Assembly (NCBI GenBank): GCA_044352465.1
Contig: JBILDU010000054.1
Coordinates: 1 to 20,453, forward strand
From: Bdellovibrionota bacterium
GTDB taxonomy: Bacteria; Bdellovibrionota_C; UBA2361
Direction of reading: 5' to 3'
DNA: 20,453 nt
Numbering within the stretch: position 1 is the first letter of the stretch; every line of letters begins with the position of its first letter. A program made the translations under genes and the position numbers. Below are positions 16,003 to 20,453 of this stretch, in pieces. Below the pieces are notes generated by a model. That model searched no databases, was not told where the DNA came from, and saw only the letters and a list, made by a program, of their open reading frames with translations.

Positions 16003-18543
16003 CTAATCCTTCTTTTCAGGCCTACAGATTACATCACCGAGATCGACAAAGTACTCGGGCCTCTCGAACCGGCCTAGTTCAACCCGACACGAGCCCGCCG
16101 GACTATCAACGGTAAGCACCTCATCGCCCTCCAGCTCGGCCTGAAAGAACCCCAAATCATCGGTAGCCACGTATTCATTTGTGCCCTTGATTCGGACAAC
16201 AGGAAGCGGCGTGCCCGCAGCGTCAACAAGCCGTCCCAAAACGATCATCACTTGCGAAACGTCCCACGCTCGCTCGACGACGTTACCGGGGAAGAATGTC
16301 ACCGTGTACACCGTCGTGCTGTAATCGACGAGCTGATTAGGATCTTCCGGCCGAATCGCAACTTTATATGTTTTAAAGGGAGAAACGCTAACCGCGGAAC
16401 GCTTACCTGCCTCAACGGTATCGAATATTTGGTCGTTTAAAAGGATATGAAACCGGGTCCCCGGCGAGGCTCCGCGAATGTTCGCTATAAATACCGAATC
16501 TTGCGCCATCGGATACGAGAGCGCCGCAGTGCCATCGCTGCCGACCAAAACCGCGCTCTCCGCCGTTACGCCGTAGGAGCTGTCACCTGAGCGTGAGCCG
16601 GCTTGCTCACGCACAAAGCCCCGCCCGTAGAGGTAGTCGCCTCCGTACTCCCCGTTTAACTGGGTTGAATAAAGGTCGCCATCGTTTTTATTCCCCGGTC
16701 CCTTTTGCGAGCGCGCCTCAGAGGTGAGGGAGAATCGAGACGCATACACCGAGCGCCTCCGGTCTTGATAGGTCACGGTCAGGAAACCTACCACCTCATC
16801 ATAATCGCTCCGATCAAAATAGCCCGCCTGGGCACCGAGGTTCCATTCCGGTGAAAAGCGATACCGATAAGCGAGCGAATTACTCCACACCGTGTCGACA
16901 TCGGTATCGTAATAGGTCGAGAGATATCTGAGCCCGTCGTTCGCCCCGTCCCAGATACTCCACTGAAGCGTCGGCCCCTGGGTACGCCGGAGGTCGCCCC
17001 CGGAATAGATCTCACTGAGGTAGAGATACCCGAGCTCAACTTTACCAAAATATCGACGCACGTTTATCGAGTACGATTCGCGGTCATTAAAATACAATTC
17101 GGTGGAGCGATCGCGCTTGGGGATGAAATCAGGCGGATCGTTGGGCCCTGGCGTCGGCACGAAGGAAAGCTGGCGTGAGGAAGAGGAGACCTCAACCGCT
17201 TTTGCCCCACTAAGATTAACCGAGGTATCGAGAATTCGAGTGGAGAAAGAACCGTTGAGGCCAAAGTCACCCTCGGTCGAGTACGAAGTCCCACCCAGAA
17301 AGTACGACTCCCGATAGAGCCCTGAAAGGGTGGCTTGGCCGATCGAAAGATCATCCGCGCCGTAGACCGAGGCACCGACGTCAAGAATATCGGTCACCCG
17401 CCACTGCAAAGCGGCGAAGTAAACTGGGGTGTCCTGGGTCGAAAACTCTTCCCGAATAACTCCCCCCTGAAGATCGTAGGTCGGTCGACCGCGCACCGAG
17501 AGAAACCCCGATTTTGTAAAAAACTTTCGATCTTGTGTCACCCGACCGTTTGATTCGGTTATCACCACATCGACATCGTATGAGCCTTGCGGAAAGTTAC
17601 GGGTATCGACCTCTTGGAGACCGAAGTCGAGAGACTGCACCGAGATAAGTCGTCCCGAGCGATAAAACTCCACCCGAGCACGAGACGGCACAAAGATCTC
17701 GAACAAGCTCCCCCGGCCAAGTTCAGGATCAAGCAGAAGCTTATCGGACGTCCGGGCTTGAAGCCCGGTGAATTGCAAGCTGTTCGCAAACGTCTGTCCC
17801 CGAGTTTCGAGAAATCCGCCACCGATCTCAAAATCGCCAAGGTAGCCAAATGAAGAAGCCTCGGTTAGTTCGTACTGCTCACCCTGGATAGCCGCACCAC
17901 TAAACCGACCGAAGAAACGCCCGAGCCCGATCACGGACCGGTGTGAAAAAGCCGAGTTCGATTCGCCAGAGAATTCACCGCTCGCAGCAACACCCAGATT
18001 CTGCTGGAGTGAAACTCCCCCCTCGGGGTCGGCCACCCGATTGGAGAGCGTCTTCGCCTGAGCTTTCAAAAAGTCACGCTCCAACTCAAGGACGAGCCGA
18101 AAAGTAAAGATATCGCACGTGACCTTCCCGATCCCCCCGACCACCCGTGTTCGCTCGAAACGCCCAGCAAGAAGAGGTACCACCTCCTCAGCTCGATCCT
18201 TCTGGAAATCGGGAACCTGCTCAAGCGCCCCGAGCGGATCGTCCACTTCGCACCATGTATCGGTGTAATCGATCAGGATTCCACCGACGAACTTATCGGC
18301 GAGATATAGGTCAAAAAGGGTCCGCTCGGTGGGGGCGTCGCTCACACCAAGTACCCCTACCGGCAACTCCACCGGTGCCGGAGCTGCCGTCGGAGTGGGG
18401 AGAGCCACCTCTCCCTCGACCGCAAACGCCATGCCCCCGAACCAAAGCGAGAGGCAGAACGCGCGGAGGGCGACAGAGCAAGCGCATCTCAATCGGCTTG
18501 CCCCGGGCGAATCCAGCCCACTCTGACGAAGGCACATCGTCAT
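16003..18543 (-). CDS. Outer-membrane fimbrial usher, TcfC/CooC/EcpC (alpha-fimbriae) type
   Basis: 846 aa; signal ending AFA; plug-region motif FVPSRARVEFYRSGRLISVQSLDFGLQEVDTRNFPQGSYDVDVVITE; amphipathic beta-strands; C-terminal VTFFPGNV, GRLVDAAGTPL, TDDLGFFQAE and terminal Cys pair (GSC...DLGDVIC). ATGA overlap with the upstream gene. Confidence 0.9.
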   Translation of the reverse strand: MTMCLRQSGLDSPGASRLRCACSVALRAFCLSLWFGGMAFAVEGEVALPTPTAAPAPVELPVGVLGVSDAPTERTLFDLYLADKFVGGILIDYTDTWCEVDDPLGALEQVPDFQKDRAEEVVPLLAGRFERTRVVGGIGKVTCDIFTFRLVLELERDFLKAQAKTLSNRVADPEGGVSLQQNLGVAASGEFSGESNSAFSHRSVIGLGRFFGRFSGAAIQGEQYELTEASSFGYLGDFEIGGGFLETRGQTFANSLQFTGLQARTSDKLLLDPELGRGSLFEIFVPSRARVEFYRSGRLISVQSLDFGLQEVDTRNFPQGSYDVDVVITESNGRVTQDRKFFTKSGFLSVRGRPTYDLQGGVIREEFSTQDTPVYFAALQWRVTDILDVGASVYGADDLSIGQATLSGLYRESYFLGGTSYSTEGDFGLNGSFSTRILDTSVNLSGAKAVEVSSSSRQLSFVPTPGPNDPPDFIPKRDRSTELYFNDRESYSINVRRYFGKVELGYLYLSEIYSGGDLRRTQGPTLQWSIWDGANDGLRYLSTYYDTDVDTVWSNSLAYRYRFSPEWNLGAQAGYFDRSDYDEVVGFLTVTYQDRRRSVYASRFSLTSEARSQKGPGNKNDGDLYSTQLNGEYGGDYLYGRGFVREQAGSRSGDSSYGVTAESAVLVGSDGTAALSYPMAQDSVFIANIRGASPGTRFHILLNDQIFDTVEAGKRSAVSVSPFKTYKVAIRPEDPNQLVDYSTTVYTVTFFPGNVVERAWDVSQVMIVLGRLVDAAGTPLPVVRIKGTNEYVATDDLGFFQAELEGDEVLTVDSPAGSCRVELGRFERPEYFVDLGDVICRPEKKD

Positions 18544-20018
18544 GAGGCAGCACCCTCAATCACAATGGTCTCAAAATCGTTTCCCACCCGCTTCAGCACC
18601 TCGAGCCGGCCATCAATCGGCACCATCGTTGACCACGAGGTTCCGGGATACAGTCGGCGCGAGGGAGAATCCACGCACTCGGCGGTACCCGCCCCCCGAC
18701 AGACCCGGAGCTCGGTCAACGCGATGCTGCGGGACCCCTCGTTCGAAAGAACCACATCGCCCCCCGAACGCTTCCACACCAACGACGCGGCTGCATCCTC
18801 CGGGGCCCGGAGAATCAGAACCTCGAACGAGGGCGCCGCCTTGAATTCGCCCGGCGCACCGGTCGTCGAACCTTGTTCCGATGAGCGGGGAGAGCCACTG
18901 AAGGGGGTAAGAGCGAGCTTGAAGACTTGCTCGGTATCGCCCGGCTCCTCTACCCCAACGATTCGAACCTGTCGTGATGCCCCCGCCTCAAGATTGAGAT
19001 TCATAGGAGATACTAGAACCGCGCGGGTCTCCTTAAGTTTTTCGCCCACCTGGCCCGGAGACTCGACCTCCCGGACCTGAGCGGAGATGGAGATTGCCCG
19101 TGGCGAGGTATTCGTCACCAAAATATTCTGCACTGGCCGTGCATCGCTTCGAAAATCAACGAGCACCCTATCCACATTGAATGAGAGCTCCCCAAGAGCA
19201 GAGGGCGCTACAGTTTGTTCACCGCTCAGCGGTTTGGCTGGTGTTGCCTCGCGCCCCCCGCCATCAACGACCTCGATAGGCGTAGGGCTCACGGTCGGAG
19301 AGGACACCTCTGCCGTCGGCGAAGGGGTCGGCATTGCAGTAGGAATGAGAGTAGGAGTCGAGGTCGGCACCGCCGTGCTCGTCGCTGTGGGTAGCGGGGT
19401 TGGCGTATGTTGGGGGGTGGGCGTCAGGGAGGGGGAGGGCATGGGAGAGGGGGGGGACGTGGCGATCGGTGAGGGCGCAGGCGTGGGCTCAAGAGGCGCG
19501 GATGCCTCACCCTGTCCTGACGGAAGCTGACCCGCTAAAGGAACGCCTGCACCGGCCGTAACGATCCCGCTCGCCCAGAATCCCCCGCCCGATATCGCGA
19601 CATGATATTCCGGCTGAAGGGCCCCGGGCAGATCAAATACTACGCGGGTAGCCTGGCGCTGAACACCGAAACGAACCCGCACGGCGCACGAAGACGATCG
19701 GAGCTCGACCTCGCGTCCACGCGAGACAGCTACGCCTTGCAAATCAACAACTAGTCGGGGCGGCCCCTCAAGGGGGAAATGCTCGATCTTCCGCGCGGCG
19801 ACCCGAGAGCTGAGCTCAAAAACGCACCGCCCCGTTGCCCGATCTGGCGAAACCCGAACTGTCAGACCATCGTGACGCACCTCCTCAGCCTCCGCCGCAG
19901 CAGCCCCCCCAAAGACGAGAGTCGCTACAACTGCACAGAGACGTGGGCCCCACCACCACACGCCACGAATCATTTTTTGTCGCTGAACTTGGCTTCTCTT
20001 TTCGACCCGTACCGTCAT
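18540..20018 (-). CDS. AMIN-domain / Pro-Thr linker / fimbrial chaperone fusion protein
   Basis: Signal-like segment (aa ~27-44). AMIN signature HFPLEGPPRLVVDL...VRVRFG...TRVVFDL (aa ~52-150). PT/SP linker (aa ~170-275). Chaperone motifs V.NTS, VLVSPMNLNLEAGASRQVRI, LSNEGS, C-x7-C, RRLYPG (aa ~277-492). Confidence 0.85.
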   Translation of the reverse strand: MTVRVEKRSQVQRQKMIRGVWWWGPRLCAVVATLVFGGAAAAEAEEVRHDGLTVRVSPDRATGRCVFELSSRVAARKIEHFPLEGPPRLVVDLQGVAVSRGREVELRSSSCAVRVRFGVQRQATRVVFDLPGALQPEYHVAISGGGFWASGIVTAGAGVPLAGQLPSGQGEASAPLEPTPAPSPIATSPPSPMPSPSLTPTPQHTPTPLPTATSTAVPTSTPTLIPTAMPTPSPTAEVSSPTVSPTPIEVVDGGGREATPAKPLSGEQTVAPSALGELSFNVDRVLVDFRSDARPVQNILVTNTSPRAISISAQVREVESPGQVGEKLKETRAVLVSPMNLNLEAGASRQVRIVGVEEPGDTEQVFKLALTPFSGSPRSSEQGSTTGAPGEFKAAPSFEVLILRAPEDAAASLVWKRSGGDVVLSNEGSRSIALTELRVCRGAGTAECVDSPSRRLYPGTSWSTMVPIDGRLEVLKRVGNDFETIVIEGAAS

Positions 20019-20041
20019 ACTCCGCCCCCACTCCCCTTCAA

Positions 20042-20453
20042 CTATGATTTCGCCTTGCCCTCTTTGAGGCCGGGGCTAAAAGAGCCCTTCCCTGACTCGG
20101 CTGACAACGGCTCGATGACGAAGTTCTCATATGCCCCCGCTGAACCGGTGCGCGCCACAAACGAGATCCGGGTGTCGCCCGGGACCGCGACCTCGTAGGT
20201 CGTCCCCGCGTACACCCGCTTTCGCTTCACGGGGGTGCAGCTCTCCCCTTTGCACGCCGAACCATCACCCAACTCCACATGGACGTTGCCTGAGTTAGAA
20301 AACACGATCTTCTCGCTGGTGCGGTCCCACTCGAGGTTCCCCCGCGGATTAGCCGGTTCGACAAAAGTGAGAACCCCCATTCCGGTGAGCACCCGAATGC
20401 TCGCGGTCCGTCCCCCGACGGTCTTTTTTATCTCAGTGCCGAACTCGCGATCT
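20042..20453 (-). CDS. Periplasmic fimbrial chaperone (CooB/TcfA/EcpB-like), 5'-truncated by the window edge
   Basis: Frame stays open to the window end (..DREFGTEIKKTVGGRTASIRVLTGMGVLTFVEP..); FSNSGNVHV, C-x4-C and KRVYAG match the C-domain of the downstream fused chaperone. Confidence 0.82.
   Translation of the reverse strand, partial: DREFGTEIKKTVGGRTASIRVLTGMGVLTFVEPANPRGNLEWDRTSEKIVFSNSGNVHVELGDGSACKGESCTPVKRKRVYAGTTYEVAVPGDTRISFVARTGSAGAYENFVIEPLSAESGKGSFSPGLKEGKAKS

Noticed and set aside
71..20198. Numerous antisense or alternate-frame ORFs in the track (e.g. 71-511, 4564-5070, 18565-19080, 19087-19530)
   Set aside because: Shadow ORFs of well-supported genes, expected in GC-rich DNA, with no motifs or SD support.

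Overview
GC-rich bacterial chromosomal segment from a diderm organism (lipoproteins, outer-membrane beta-barrels, a pilus usher). No rRNA, tRNA, CRISPR array or mobile element was recognised. The first ~14 kb is a patchwork of mostly single genes: a DUF6502-like protein with a Pro/Cys-rich lipoprotein, an NfsB-type nitroreductase, a small lipoprotein, a PlpD-type patatin/beta-barrel fusion, a transglutaminase-like protein, a peptidase C26 hydrolase, an MBL-fold hydrolase, a catalytically degenerate HAD-fold protein, an exported glutathione peroxidase preceded by a 3x17-bp tandem repeat, a DUF853/YjgR-type ATPase and several orphan ORFs. The last ~6 kb (minus strand, open at the window end) is an alpha-clade (CS1/Tcf/ECP-like) chaperone-usher pilus cluster ordered chaperone, second chaperone, usher, pilin, pilin. 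The strongest candidate for a new system is the second chaperone: it is fused via a ~100-aa Pro/Thr linker to an N-terminal AMIN-like domain, suggesting a cell-wall-tethered pilus assembly machine. All family calls come from motif recognition by eye, not database searches.
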